From: Myxococcota bacterium
GTDB lineage: Bacteria > Myxococcota_A > Polyangia > Nannocystales > Nannocystaceae
Length of the DNA: 64,000 nt
Assembly (NCBI GenBank): GCA_039028615.1
Contig: JBCCHT010000008.1
Coordinates: 192,001 to 256,000, forward strand
Direction of reading: 5' to 3'
Shown here: in pieces, positions 34,471 through 44,262 of the stretch
Layout: each line of letters starts with the position of its first letter
How positions within the stretch are numbered: the first letter of the stretch is position 1
Made by a program: the position numbers and the translations under genes
The notes under the pieces: generated by a model
Seen by the model: only the letters and a program-made list of their open reading frames with translations
Told to the model about the DNA's origin: nothing
Databases searched by the model: none

Positions 34471-36020
34471 CCGCACTCCTCAACGTCAAAGGCCTCGGCC
34501 TCCTCACCATGGAGGGCCGAGCCCTGTTTCGCGACCTGCACTTGTCCCTCGGGCGGGAGCAGGTGGCCATCATCGGGCGCAACGGAGTGGGCAAGTCCAC
34601 CTTGCTCGCCATGCTCGCCGGGCAGCTTCGGCCCGACGAAGGGCACGTCGAGTCGTCCGTGACGCCCTATCTCGTGCCGCAGCATCCGAGTCGGCACGAG
34701 GCGAGCACGCTGCTCGAACATTGGCAGGCTCGTGTCCTCGAAGACCCGCAGATCGATCGACGGATCGAGGGTCTGGTGCATGCACTCGGGCTCTCGCCGC
34801 TCGCCTCCATCACCGAGACCGAGGGGCTCAGCGGCGGCGAGCTGCGCAAGCTTCATCTGCTGGGGGCCGAGCTGGCGCAGCCGCGGCTGTTGCTGCTCGA
34901 CGAACCCAGCGAAGACCTCGACGACCTCGGCGTGCAGTGGCTGGTGCGCTGGCTGCAGAGCTTCGAGGGCGGGCTACTCGTCGCGTCTCACGACCGGAGA
35001 ATCTTGCGGGCCTTCGAGCACTTCTTCGTCGTGGCCGAGTCGGGGTGTCGATACCTGGCGGGGCCCTTCGACGAACTCGAGCGTACGCTGGAGCGAGAAG
35101 CCGAGGAGCAGCAGCGACAATACGCCCGCAACCTCTCCACGCTGGCCGCGGCCGAGCGACATCACGAGACGGTCTGTCGCAGGCGGGCCCGCAAGAAGAA
35201 CGTGGGACGGCTCCACGAACTCGCTCGCTGCACCCCGCGATCGCGACTCAACGGCAAGCGCAGCTATGCCCAGCAGAGCCAGGCCAGGGCGGCCAAGATC
35301 CGGGAGGCCCGGATCAGCGCCGCGCGAGGCTGGGCCAAGGCGACCCGACGGGCCCTCGCCGTCACCCTCCCGCTGGAGCTGCCCACCCCCGAGGTCGGCG
35401 TCGGCGATGGGACGCCCGTGATCGAGCTGCGCGACGTGGGACTCGCAATCGACGGTCAGCCCCTGTGCGAGGGACTGAATGCGGAGCTACGGCGAGAGCG
35501 GGTGGCCGTGGTGGGTCCCAACGGTGCGGGGAAGACCAGCGTGCTGCAGGTCATGCTCGGCGAGCGTACGCCCACCACGGGCGCAGCTCGGTGTCGTCGG
35601 GCGCGGATCGGGTCCATTGCGCAAGGGGCCACCGACTGGATGAGCGACGACTCCCTGGTCGAGTGCCTGGCCGCGCAGCGTCCTGAAGCATCGCTCGACG
35701 CCATTGCCCGCACGCTACTGCTGCATCGGTTCCCGCTCGCCCTCGCGCAACGGCCTCTGCGCTCGCTCAGCCCCGGAGAGCGAGTCCGAGCCGCGCTCCT
35801 GTGCCTGTTCGAGCGGGGGGCAGAGATCGAGTCGCTGGTGCTCGACGAGCCCACCCACAGCCTGGACATCGTGGGCGCGCGGGCGCTGGCCTCCGCCCTC
35901 GCGGCCTGGCCCGGGGGGTTGGTGGTGGCCAGCCATGATCGCGAGCTGCTCGAGGCGATCGGCATCGACCGCACGATCACGCTCGAGTCGACTCACCGTT
36001 CGCGGGCCGCGGCCAGGTGA
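34467..36020 (+). CDS. ABC-F family ATPase (two ABC domains, no TM segments)
   Basis: GRNGVGKST/LSGGE/LLLDEP and GPNGAGKTS/LSPGE/LVLDEPT, separated by a basic helical linker; ATGA overlap with hflX. Confidence 0.88.
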   Translation: MTALLNVKGLGLLTMEGRALFRDLHLSLGREQVAIIGRNGVGKSTLLAMLAGQLRPDEGHVESSVTPYLVPQHPSRHEASTLLEHWQARVLEDPQIDRRIEGLVHALGLSPLASITETEGLSGGELRKLHLLGAELAQPRLLLLDEPSEDLDDLGVQWLVRWLQSFEGGLLVASHDRRILRAFEHFFVVAESGCRYLAGPFDELERTLEREAEEQQRQYARNLSTLAAAERHHETVCRRRARKKNVGRLHELARCTPRSRLNGKRSYAQQSQARAAKIREARISAARGWAKATRRALAVTLPLELPTPEVGVGDGTPVIELRDVGLAIDGQPLCEGLNAELRRERVAVVGPNGAGKTSVLQVMLGERTPTTGAARCRRARIGSIAQGATDWMSDDSLVECLAAQRPEASLDAIARTLLLHRFPLALAQRPLRSLSPGERVRAALLCLFERGAEIESLVLDEPTHSLDIVGARALASALAAWPGGLVVASHDRELLEAIGIDRTITLESTHRSRAAAR

Positions 36021-37195
36021 TGGCCCTGGGTGCGACGCTCTCGCCACGCCCGGGTCAGCTCGGCCTCGGCGTCGGCGGGGGCGCGCACGCTCCACCCTTC
36101 GCGGTCCTCCCATAGGCCGAAGCGCTCGAGGGTGCGCACCGCATCGGGGGCGTCGAAGTCGACCTCGACATCGAAGCACTCGGCCAGCCACGCCGCAGCC
36201 GTCTCCGCCAGGCTGGACTCGTCGTGGACCTCGCCCCCGCGGATCAACGCATACGCGAGCAACGACTCCTTGAGTTCCTCGTGCCCGATGTTGGCGATCA
36301 GCCGATCGAGCACGCCCGAGCCGTTGGCCACGTTCTGGTAGTAAAGGTGATGCGTCATCTGAGATAGGCGCACGTGCTTGGCTCGGCGGTACCCGAGGAT
36401 CGATCGCACCGACAGCCCGCCCAGCGCCGCGACGGCCAGCCACATGAACTGGGTCGCGGCCACCGTGGTCTCGAACATGCGCAGCAGCAGGCCTCCCATC
36501 GCGCCCAGGCTGCCGCCGAACACCTTGAAGCGATCGAAGGGGCTCATCGCCACTTCCGCGTGGGGGAGCAGGGCCTCCACGTCGGCCACCGGAATCTCGC
36601 GAAAGAGCTTGAGGTTGAGGTCCTCTTCGCCCTGCGCCTGAAAGACCACCGCCAAGCGTCGGTACAGTTCGATCTCGTGCTCGCGGCCCTTGATCGGTCG
36701 CCGCAGGCTGCGGATTGCACGGTGGGTCGTCGTGCGGCCGCGGACCCATAGGTCGATCCACTGCAGGCGATCGGGATTGACCCGGATGCGGATGCCGTGC
36801 GAACTCGCGGCCCCGACCGCCGCTTCCATCTGGACCTCGTCGAGCCGCTCGTAGTTGGCCTTGTCGAGCACGTAGGCCAGGAGGTGTCGGAGCTCCGCCG
36901 CCCGTTCGCTCAGCTGCTCGGGGTCGCCGACCAGCAGCGTGTCACGGGCCGGGTTGTGGGGATCGTAAGCGCGCTCGAGGCCGCGGCGCAGCGCCTCGAT
37001 CTCCTGCCCCACCACACCCTCGAGACCTTCGCTCACCGCCTGCAGCTCGTCCGGCGTGCAGCCGAAACGATCGGCGTCGTCGATCAGCGCCGACAGCAGG
37101 TCGTCGGGGCGAACCGGGATGTACCGATCGTCGGGGAGCTCCACCCCCATGCGGGACACGGGGGTGGGAACGCGGCGGGCGAGGACCTTGCTCAT
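35993..37195 (-). CDS. TMEM143/DUF3754 family protein
   Basis: RYIPV, LDKANYERL, LKLFREIPVADVEALLP, LYYQNVANG, EELKESLLAY, VDFDAPDA. Confidence 0.75.
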   Translation of the reverse strand: MSKVLARRVPTPVSRMGVELPDDRYIPVRPDDLLSALIDDADRFGCTPDELQAVSEGLEGVVGQEIEALRRGLERAYDPHNPARDTLLVGDPEQLSERAAELRHLLAYVLDKANYERLDEVQMEAAVGAASSHGIRIRVNPDRLQWIDLWVRGRTTTHRAIRSLRRPIKGREHEIELYRRLAVVFQAQGEEDLNLKLFREIPVADVEALLPHAEVAMSPFDRFKVFGGSLGAMGGLLLRMFETTVAATQFMWLAVAALGGLSVRSILGYRRAKHVRLSQMTHHLYYQNVANGSGVLDRLIANIGHEELKESLLAYALIRGGEVHDESSLAETAAAWLAECFDVEVDFDAPDAVRTLERFGLWEDREGWSVRAPADAEAELTRAWRERRTQGHHLAAARER

Positions 37196-37210
37196 GCAGG
37201 CGCAGGCAGT

Positions 37211-38188
37211 TTACCCGCGGATTCCCGAGATCACCTCTGCCACCGCGCTCGTGTCTCGGATCCAGCGCATGCTCCAATACACGACCGTATCGACGTCCAG
37301 CCCGCGTGTGGCCTCGATGGTGGCCCCCATCGCCGACTCGATGGACGGATGCCCGGGAACCCCCGACTGCTTGTACGCCGCCAGCCCCATCACGATGGGC
37401 TTTTTGAACGACTTCGCCCAGCGATCGTAGAAGCGGCGCGGGGCGGTCTCCGGCTTGAGCCCGCTGCCCGACGTCACATACACCTGCGGCACCGCGTACT
37501 CGCAGAGCGCCGCCAGCGGCCCCAGCTTCGCCACCGGGGCGAACCCGATGCCCGTGATGCCCATCGGGCACGACAGGCTCGCGAACTTCTGGCCGATCAG
37601 GGTCGCCGCCGCGCGGTGGGTCATCGCGTTGCGGGCCTGGTTCCAGGGCTCCTCCGCGTCCCACATCAGGGAAGCGGCGCCCGTGTCCTTGCACAGCGGG
37701 ATCAGGATCTCCGCCGCCCCCTCGATGTAGCTCTCGAAGGGCATCACCCAGCTCATCAAGTGGACCTCGATGTTCTTCGCTGCCGCCGCGTTGGCCAGCG
37801 CCACGATCTTCTTGCGATCGAAGATGTCGAAGGGCTTGTCCGTGCGCCACTTCGAGTGATCGTTGATCACGATATCGATCCGGTTGATCCCCTTCGACGC
37901 CGCAAAGTTCACCGTGTCCCGGGGCTTCTTGAGCGCCCGCGGCCCGCACCAAGCCCCCACCGTCTTGATCGACTGGGCCGTCTGCAGGTTCGTCGCCTCG
38001 TCGTGGATCGCCATGATCTCCCACGCCGGGGCGCCCTTTTTTGTGCGATCGGCCGCGTACGCCTGCACTGCCGCCAACGTCTTGCGGCCGAAGTGACCGT
38101 CGACTCCGACGGGGTAGCCCAGCTGTCGGAGGCTTCGTTGCAGCGCCGAGACCTGCGGCCCTCGGTCTCCCAGTTGCAGTGATTTCAT
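37211..38188 (-). CDS. Peptidoglycan-binding domain protein with a hydrolase-like (TIM-barrel-type) C-terminus
   Basis: LQLGDRGPQVSALQRSLRQLGY..VDGHFGRKTLAAV; DAEEPW and PQVY motifs. Confidence 0.75.
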   Translation of the reverse strand: MKSLQLGDRGPQVSALQRSLRQLGYPVGVDGHFGRKTLAAVQAYAADRTKKGAPAWEIMAIHDEATNLQTAQSIKTVGAWCGPRALKKPRDTVNFAASKGINRIDIVINDHSKWRTDKPFDIFDRKKIVALANAAAAKNIEVHLMSWVMPFESYIEGAAEILIPLCKDTGAASLMWDAEEPWNQARNAMTHRAAATLIGQKFASLSCPMGITGIGFAPVAKLGPLAALCEYAVPQVYVTSGSGLKPETAPRRFYDRWAKSFKKPIVMGLAAYKQSGVPGHPSIESAMGATIEATRGLDVDTVVYWSMRWIRDTSAVAEVISGIRG

Positions 38189-38292
38189 CGCTCGCTCCTC
38201 TTCAACGTCACAATAGGCCCCCGGTCGTGACATTGGCAAACCGGCCGCATACGGCCCCCGCCCAGCCATGGCATCCTCGGCCCGTGCCTCCC

Positions 38293-38892
38293 ATGCGCCT
38301 GTTCGGAACCGTCACCTCGCCCTACGTCCGCCGCGTACGGATCGTCGCCCAAGAGCTCGGCCTCGCGCACGAACTCATCAATACCGCCGACGACGATGGC
38401 CAGGCCGCCATGCGGGCTCTCAACCCCCTATGGAAGATTCCGACCGCCCAGCTCGGCGATCAGACCGTGTTCGACTCCGAGGTCATCAACGAGCACCTCA
38501 TGCGAACCCACGGCCCCGGCCCCCTGGCCTCCTTCGACCCCGCCGACCTCGAAGCCCGCAACGTCATCACCGTCGTCGATGGTGCCCTCGATGCTCTGAT
38601 CAACACCTTCTATCTCGGCAAGGATGGGGTCACCGGGGAGCAGGCGAGCTACGTGGCCAAGCATCACGGGCGGGCTCGTGCCTCGATGGAGTGGTTGGAT
38701 GCGCGGGTCGATGGGGCGTGGCTGAGCTCGGCCAAGGCGTTCGGGGTGGTGGAGATTGCCGTGTGCACCGCGCTCGAGTGGATGCGGTTTCGGGATGCGT
38801 ATCCCGTGGGGGACCATGCGAAGTTGGTCGGGTTGATGGAGCATCATGCGGGGCGGGAGAGCCTGGTGGCGACTCGGCCGCCTGCGGGGTGA
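38293..38892 (+). CDS. Glutathione S-transferase family protein
   Basis: TSPYVRRVRI, LNPLWKIPT, FDSEVINEHL. Confidence 0.88.
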   Translation: MRLFGTVTSPYVRRVRIVAQELGLAHELINTADDDGQAAMRALNPLWKIPTAQLGDQTVFDSEVINEHLMRTHGPGPLASFDPADLEARNVITVVDGALDALINTFYLGKDGVTGEQASYVAKHHGRARASMEWLDARVDGAWLSSAKAFGVVEIAVCTALEWMRFRDAYPVGDHAKLVGLMEHHAGRESLVATRPPAG

Positions 38893-38973
38893 CGGGGGCG
38901 TAGCGGCGTGTGGGGGCGGTTTCGCGGGTTGCGGGGCGCCCGGCCGGAGGCGTGGTAGGTTGGGGTCGGCGGG

Positions 38974-39150
38974 ATGATCTCGAAGACTCTGGCGTTGATC
39001 TTCATCGGGGCGGTGGCCGGGCGGGTGTTTCTGCGGCCTCAGCTGAAGGAGCTGGGGCGGTGGTTTAGTCATTTTGTGGATGTGGCGTTGGTGGTGATTG
39101 CGGTGGTTTATGGGGTGCAGCTGGTGATGATGCTGAGCCGCACCTGGTGA
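38974..39150 (+). CDS. Small two-TM membrane protein, 58 aa (not in the ORF track)
   Basis: My translation is MISKTLALIFIGAVAGRVFLRPQLKELGRWFSHFVDVALVVIAVVYGVQLVMMLSRTW*. Confidence 0.55.
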   Translation: MISKTLALIFIGAVAGRVFLRPQLKELGRWFSHFVDVALVVIAVVYGVQLVMMLSRTW

Positions 39151-39163
39151 AGCGTGATGAACC

Positions 39164-39207
39164 ACCGAGGGTGATCTTTCACCGGTCGTACCTGACCGAG
39201 GGTAATC
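39164..39207 (+). repeat. Left-flank repeats of the HUH transposase
   Basis: ACCGAGGGTGATC (39164) and CCTGACCGAGGGTAATC (39191), the reverse complement of the right-flank core. Confidence 0.75.
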
Positions 39208-39418
39208 TCCTAGCCACCCCATAACCTGTGTGGCCCGCAGACGAATCAGCCATCGTTGACCTCTCCCTCGAGCTGGACGTTGGGACTTTCTGCCCGCCAA
39301 CCCACGGGGAAACTTGAATCAGACGTGAAATCGTCCATCCGACACCCGAGCGATCGCAACGAAACCAATGCAAGCAGGCGAGCCAAGGCCCGCCCACGCT
39401 TCCCCAAAACTTCCGATT

Positions 39419-40315
39419 CTACGGAGGAGCCTCGCAAGGCACTCCAAACTCGATGCGGAGCTTGTAGGTGCCATACGGAAACACGACATCACGCTCGTCC
39501 GCACTAAACCGCTTCCGCGCCGACCGGTAGTCCTCCTCGAACTTCTGGTTGCGCTGGATCGCTTCGACCCTCGCCCAACGAGTCCGACCAGCCACCCGAG
39601 GCCGCATCCCTTTCCGAGGCGCACGCGTACTCGGAGAGTCGGTCGTCCTTTGCCGAAGCACGCGCTTCATCCCGAGAAACGCCCCACCCTCTTTGCGAAT
39701 CCGCCGGGCGTTCGTCATCTCCCGACTTCGAACAACACGCCGAATCTCGCGGCGAAGCCCGCCATCATCCAGCTCTGGACGGGTCGCAGCGGGCCGCGTC
39801 AACACCACGGAGACTTCGTCCGGCATCTCGTCCGAGAAGAAATGATCCGGTCGCCGAAATCGTCGCTCGCGACCGTACTCCCAACTCCAGCTACACAGCC
39901 CCTCATAGTCCTTCGCATACCTCACCAAGCCCGCTTCATTCGCATTGCACAGCGTGTACACACACTTGTCGAAGATGTCCTCGCCTTCGCAAAGTGCAGG
40001 AGCGCAGTAGGGCTCGACCGACCACAGAGCCTCCCACCGCCCTTGGGCTGCATTGAGCGTGCGAGCCACCAAGCTGTTGAAATCCCGCATGAATGCCGGC
40101 AGCTCGCCGAGCGGATCGGTCAGGACCAGGTGGTAGTGGTTGCTGAGGAAGATGAACTCGTGCAGCTCGATGCTGAACTTCTCACGCACGTAACCCAGGC
40201 AATACGCGAGAATCCAACGCGTCTCCGGGGTCGGGAGTAGGAAGAACATCCGATACATGGTTCGGCGCTGAACCATGACGGATTGGCCTTCGACGACGCG
40301 GCGCGGGCAGGTCAC
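39419..40315 (-). mobile_element. Y1 HUH transposase (RAYT / IS200-like)
   Basis: MTCPRR start, HEFIFLSNHYHLVLTDP (HUH), LWS..Y, YTLCNA..AGLV (catalytic Tyr), FPYGTY tail. Confidence 0.85.
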
Positions 40316-40367
40316 GAGCAGCTTATCGACCGACCTCCCTCCACCGTTGCGTCAACGGGGAGGAACC

Positions 40368-40403
40368 AAAAAACGGCGCTTTGGTGCCAGCCCAAAGCGC
40401 CGT
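40368..40403 (-). terminator. Intrinsic terminator of the 40492-43278 gene
   Basis: 12-bp stem ACGGCGCTTTGG/CCAAAGCGCCGT next to an A run (U tract on the minus strand). Confidence 0.8.
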
Positions 40404-40407
40404 CATT

Positions 40408-40481
40408 CTCCTTGGATTCGTTACCCTCGGTCAGGATCCCCCAGCCCCTCCTTGGATTCGTTACCCTCGGTCAGGATCCCC
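40408..40481. repeat. Two perfect 34-bp direct repeats (40-bp period), right flank of the transposase
   Basis: CTCCTTGGATTCGTTACCCTCGGTCAGGATCCCC at 40408 and 40448. Confidence 0.9.
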
Positions 40482-40491
40482 TACGAACAGC

Positions 40492-43278
40492 CTACGCCGT
40501 AGGCTCATCCACCTTCACCGGATACTTCCGCACCCACCCCAGCGCCTTCAGACACCGAGACCCCCACAGCAACACCGGCATCAACACCACCCCACCCAGC
40601 GGCACGAGCAGCATATCCATCGCCGTAATGTTCCCATTATCCACATCCACCCCCGGCAGCACATGCTCGAGCGCGATGTACCGCACCAGGAACGCAAACC
40701 CAACCGGGAACAACAACACCGCCACGGTAGCCAGCGACCCGAGGCTCCAGAACGACTTGTACCGAGCAAAGGGCTGCCCCCAGTGGAAGCGTGCGCGCAG
40801 GATCTTCCGCATGGTGCCGATGAAGAACACCATCGAGAGGATGTAGATCGCGATGCACCCGACGAGCAGCATGATCGCCCCCCCGAGCGAGGCGTAGAGC
40901 ACGAAGCCCGACGCCTCGGTGAGGAGGATGTACATGACGGTCATGAACGAGAAGCTCATCAACACCTCGATGAGCGGCTCGACGGCGAGTGACAGGAACA
41001 CGCCCACCAACAGCAGGAACGCGACCATCACGAGCAAAAAGGGACCCACGAGCTTGAGCTCGGCGAAGATGGTCGCCTTCGCCCCCGCCACCATGTCGGC
41101 GTCACCCCCCTGCGCGGCCTTGGCCGGCGCCGTGGCGATGTTCACCAGCGTCTCCCGCAGCGGGATCATGTAGAGCACGACCGCGAGCAGGGACATGAAT
41201 AGGGGCACGTAGCCCATGATCCAGTCGACGTTGCGATAGAACCCAAAGACGGTCTTGAAGTTCTTGATGTGGTCCTGGAGCATCGCGGCGTTCTTCGCCA
41301 GGGGGCGAAGCTCGGGCTCCTTGAGCTGGTCGACCCAGTGCTCGGCGACGAAGGCCGAGAACGCGAGGTGACGGGCATCCTCGTCGACGCCCGAGGCCTC
41401 GAGCACGGTGCGCAGCGGCGTCTTGATGAAGTCGAGCCGCTCGCGGCTCATGGCGCTGAGGTCCTCGACGTACTGGTCCTTCTCGAGGACGTCGAAGACA
41501 CCATTGGCGACGACCATCTTCGGGCTGGTCGACTGTGTCGCCACCTTGCCCTGGACGGTCCGCATCACGAGCAACGTGCCGCCCAGCAGCGCGACGGTGA
41601 CCGCGAAGGTGACCGCCGCGATGATGCTGGCCTTCCACAGCTGCGCGCTACGGTCGGGATACTGCTTGGTGAGCCGCAGCGGCATGAGCAGCACGATGAT
41701 CGAGCCGATGCCGCCAAAGATCGCCAGGATGATCAGGATGATGCGGAAGCTCCGCGCCTGCGCGGCCTCTTCCTTCTTCTGCAAGACATCGATGACCTTG
41801 GTCCGCGCGAGCCCGAGCCACGCCCGCAGTCGCTCCTTGGAGATGTAGGCGGGGTTCGAGACCGGGTCCGTGTGCGAGGCCTCGGACATGCAGTCGACCA
41901 TGTCCTGCAGGCCGCTGGCGTCCGTCATGTTGTCGAGCTCGGGATGGTCCTCGATGCACGAGGTGGACAAGGTCTGGATCGAGTGCAGCGGCATGGTCAG
42001 GAACATGCCGATGAGCAGCTCGCCGTTGGCCTCGATCTCCTCGTCGGTCATGGGGTTGCCCGACTCGGTCAGCTCGGTTTGGATCTCCTGGAGCATCTCC
42101 CCGGAGATCATGCCGAAGGCCTCGAGGAACGCGTTGACGAGCTCGTTCTCGCCCAGGCACTCGTACAGCGCGTCCTGCTCCTGCTGGGGGCAGGCCTCGC
42201 GCATGGCCTTGATGTCCTCGACCGACAGCAGCGACATGAGGCCGCGGAACTCGACGTAGAGGTCGGGACCGAAGACGGCTTTCTTGTCCTTCTGAATCCC
42301 GAGGTAGACCTCGGTGACTTCGTCGTTGGTGACGAGGCAGCTGCTGAGGGTCTCTTCGACCTCCATGCACTCCTCGCTCTCGAGGCCGTTGTTGAAGGCA
42401 CACTCGGCCCAGGTGCCCCCCTCCTCTTCACAGTTGGAGGCGAGACCGTCGAGCTGCTCGGGCGTCATGCGGTTGGGCAGCTCTTGATCCATGTAGGTCA
42501 GGATCGAGGCGACGACGGCCCGGGTGTGAAGCGTGTCGAGCAGCTCGGTGACCTCCTCGGTGTCGAGACACTCGATGGTGGCCTCGAGGTCCTCCTGCGG
42601 GCAGGCCTCGAGCAGCGCCTGGTAGTCCTTGGGACGAAGGAAGGTGGTGATGACCTTGGGCAGGGCGTCGAGCACCTCTTTGGGCAGCAGCGCGAGCGCC
42701 TCTTCGGGGTAGTCGATCTCGCCCCCCTCCCCACCAGCACCAGCACCAGCACCCGCACCCGCTTCGGCCTCGGCGAGCAGCTCGGGGTTCTCGACGACCT
42801 CGGTAATGCAGGCGGCCGTGTCCTCGGCCCCTTCGCATGCGTTGGCCAGCGCCTGCAGACCCTCGTTGGTCTGAGACAGCAACAGATCCGCGTGCTGCTC
42901 GACGGCCGGGGCGCCGAAGATCTCATTCAGCGACTCCAGCACGTGGTTGGTCACCGCCCCGATCACCTCGGTCGCGTCGGCATCCGCCTGCAGGCAGCCA
43001 GCGAGCGCCTCGAGATCCTGCTGCGGGCAACGTTCCTCCAGGAACTCCCGGTCCTCGTCGGCGATCGCAGAGTCGACCCCGGGCCCGAGGAGCTGAGCCA
43101 GCGGGCTTGCCGCGTCTTCGGGTTGGGCACTCGCGGTGCCGACGAAGGAACACAGGACCGCGATGAACGCGAACCAGCTGGCGACGAAGCCGCGAAACGT
43201 CGTACCGCGACCGCGCCGGGTCGCGAGGGAGGAGTCACTGACTGGTTCTGAGCGCCAAATCTTCGGAATCACTGACAT
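40492..43278 (-). CDS. Large membrane protein with an acidic, Cys-paired repeat ectodomain
   Basis: Signal peptide (..ASAQP), three CPQxDxxAxxxCL repeats, about 7 C-terminal TM segments. Confidence 0.8.
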   Translation of the reverse strand: MSVIPKIWRSEPVSDSSLATRRGRGTTFRGFVASWFAFIAVLCSFVGTASAQPEDAASPLAQLLGPGVDSAIADEDREFLEERCPQQDLEALAGCLQADADATEVIGAVTNHVLESLNEIFGAPAVEQHADLLLSQTNEGLQALANACEGAEDTAACITEVVENPELLAEAEAGAGAGAGAGGEGGEIDYPEEALALLPKEVLDALPKVITTFLRPKDYQALLEACPQEDLEATIECLDTEEVTELLDTLHTRAVVASILTYMDQELPNRMTPEQLDGLASNCEEEGGTWAECAFNNGLESEECMEVEETLSSCLVTNDEVTEVYLGIQKDKKAVFGPDLYVEFRGLMSLLSVEDIKAMREACPQQEQDALYECLGENELVNAFLEAFGMISGEMLQEIQTELTESGNPMTDEEIEANGELLIGMFLTMPLHSIQTLSTSCIEDHPELDNMTDASGLQDMVDCMSEASHTDPVSNPAYISKERLRAWLGLARTKVIDVLQKKEEAAQARSFRIILIILAIFGGIGSIIVLLMPLRLTKQYPDRSAQLWKASIIAAVTFAVTVALLGGTLLVMRTVQGKVATQSTSPKMVVANGVFDVLEKDQYVEDLSAMSRERLDFIKTPLRTVLEASGVDEDARHLAFSAFVAEHWVDQLKEPELRPLAKNAAMLQDHIKNFKTVFGFYRNVDWIMGYVPLFMSLLAVVLYMIPLRETLVNIATAPAKAAQGGDADMVAGAKATIFAELKLVGPFLLVMVAFLLLVGVFLSLAVEPLIEVLMSFSFMTVMYILLTEASGFVLYASLGGAIMLLVGCIAIYILSMVFFIGTMRKILRARFHWGQPFARYKSFWSLGSLATVAVLLFPVGFAFLVRYIALEHVLPGVDVDNGNITAMDMLLVPLGGVVLMPVLLWGSRCLKALGWVRKYPVKVDEPTA

Positions 43279-43511
43279 TGTGGGACTTTCTTCGCGGAAA
43301 CCAACCAACGTCGTGCCCCTGACGTCGCGGCCACCGCAGCGAAAATACCGACCTGGGCCGGATCCATTCAAACCGCGCCGAGAAAACGAACGTCCCAGTT
43401 TCGGTCACCTCACGACCCAATCTGAACGTCCGGGGCGACTTCGCCCCACCCGGCCGCGCGCGTGTAGGCACGCGGTGTACCTAGGCGTCCATCGACCCCG
43501 AAAAACCCCGT

Positions 43512-44216
43512 TTAGACGCCTTGGCCTTTGTCCAGAGCCCCGCGATCGCGCAGCTGTTTTTGCTCGCTGTATCGCACGGTCAGCGCGTCGGCTCGGTCCC
43601 GCATCAGCAGGGTGATGCGGAACAGCTCTTCGCAGACGTCGACGACCCGATCCCGCAGGCTCGAGGGCTTCATGCGGCCGTCGTCGTCGAACTCCTGCCA
43701 GGCCTTGGGCACCGAGGACTGGTTGGGAATGGTGAACATCCGCATCCACCGACCCAGGATGCGCAGCTGATTGACGGCGTTGAAGGACTGGGAACCACCG
43801 CTGACCTCCATGACGGCCACGGTCCGCCCCTGGGTCGGTCGCACGGCACCGTCGGACAGCGGCAGCCAGTCGATCTGGTTCTTGAACGCGGCGGTCATGC
43901 TGCCGTGCTGCTCGGGCGAGATCCACACGTGCCCCTCGGACCAGATCGAGGCCTGGCGCAGCGCGACCACGGCGGGGTGATCGTTGGAGGTCCGATCGAA
44001 GACGGGCAGCGCGTGCGGATCGAAGACCCGTACCTCCGCGCCGAAGTGGGTCAACACGCGCTCGACCTCTCGCGCGAGCTTGCGGCTGAAGCTGGTCTCC
44101 CGCAACGAGCCGTAGAGCACGAGGATCCGAGGCGCGTGGGTGCTGCCCGTGATCCCCAGCGCCTCCATGACCGAGGCGACCGAGTGCGACGGCAAGTCGT
44201 CTTCGATGAAGCTCAT
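43512..44216 (-). CDS. arsH: ArsH NADPH-dependent FMN reductase
   Basis: [78 protein letters not shown]. Confidence 0.95.
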   Translation of the reverse strand: MSFIEDDLPSHSVASVMEALGITGSTHAPRILVLYGSLRETSFSRKLAREVERVLTHFGAEVRVFDPHALPVFDRTSNDHPAVVALRQASIWSEGHVWISPEQHGSMTAAFKNQIDWLPLSDGAVRPTQGRTVAVMEVSGGSQSFNAVNQLRILGRWMRMFTIPNQSSVPKAWQEFDDDGRMKPSSLRDRVVDVCEELFRITLLMRDRADALTVRYSEQKQLRDRGALDKGQGV

Positions 44217-44262
44217 GACCGGGACCTTCGCCGCGCGAGGCCCGGGAATCAAGAGCGCCCGC

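Noticed and set aside
40408..40481. 34-bp repeats as CRISPR
   Set aside because: Only two copies with a 6-nt spacer. They are better explained as transposase-associated repeats.
1558..43251. Many long overlapping ORFs (e.g. 1558-3855, 8113-10101, 14431-16584, 26764-29256, 41269-43251)
   Set aside because: Antisense or off-frame shadows, expected in high-GC DNA, with no recognisable motifs.
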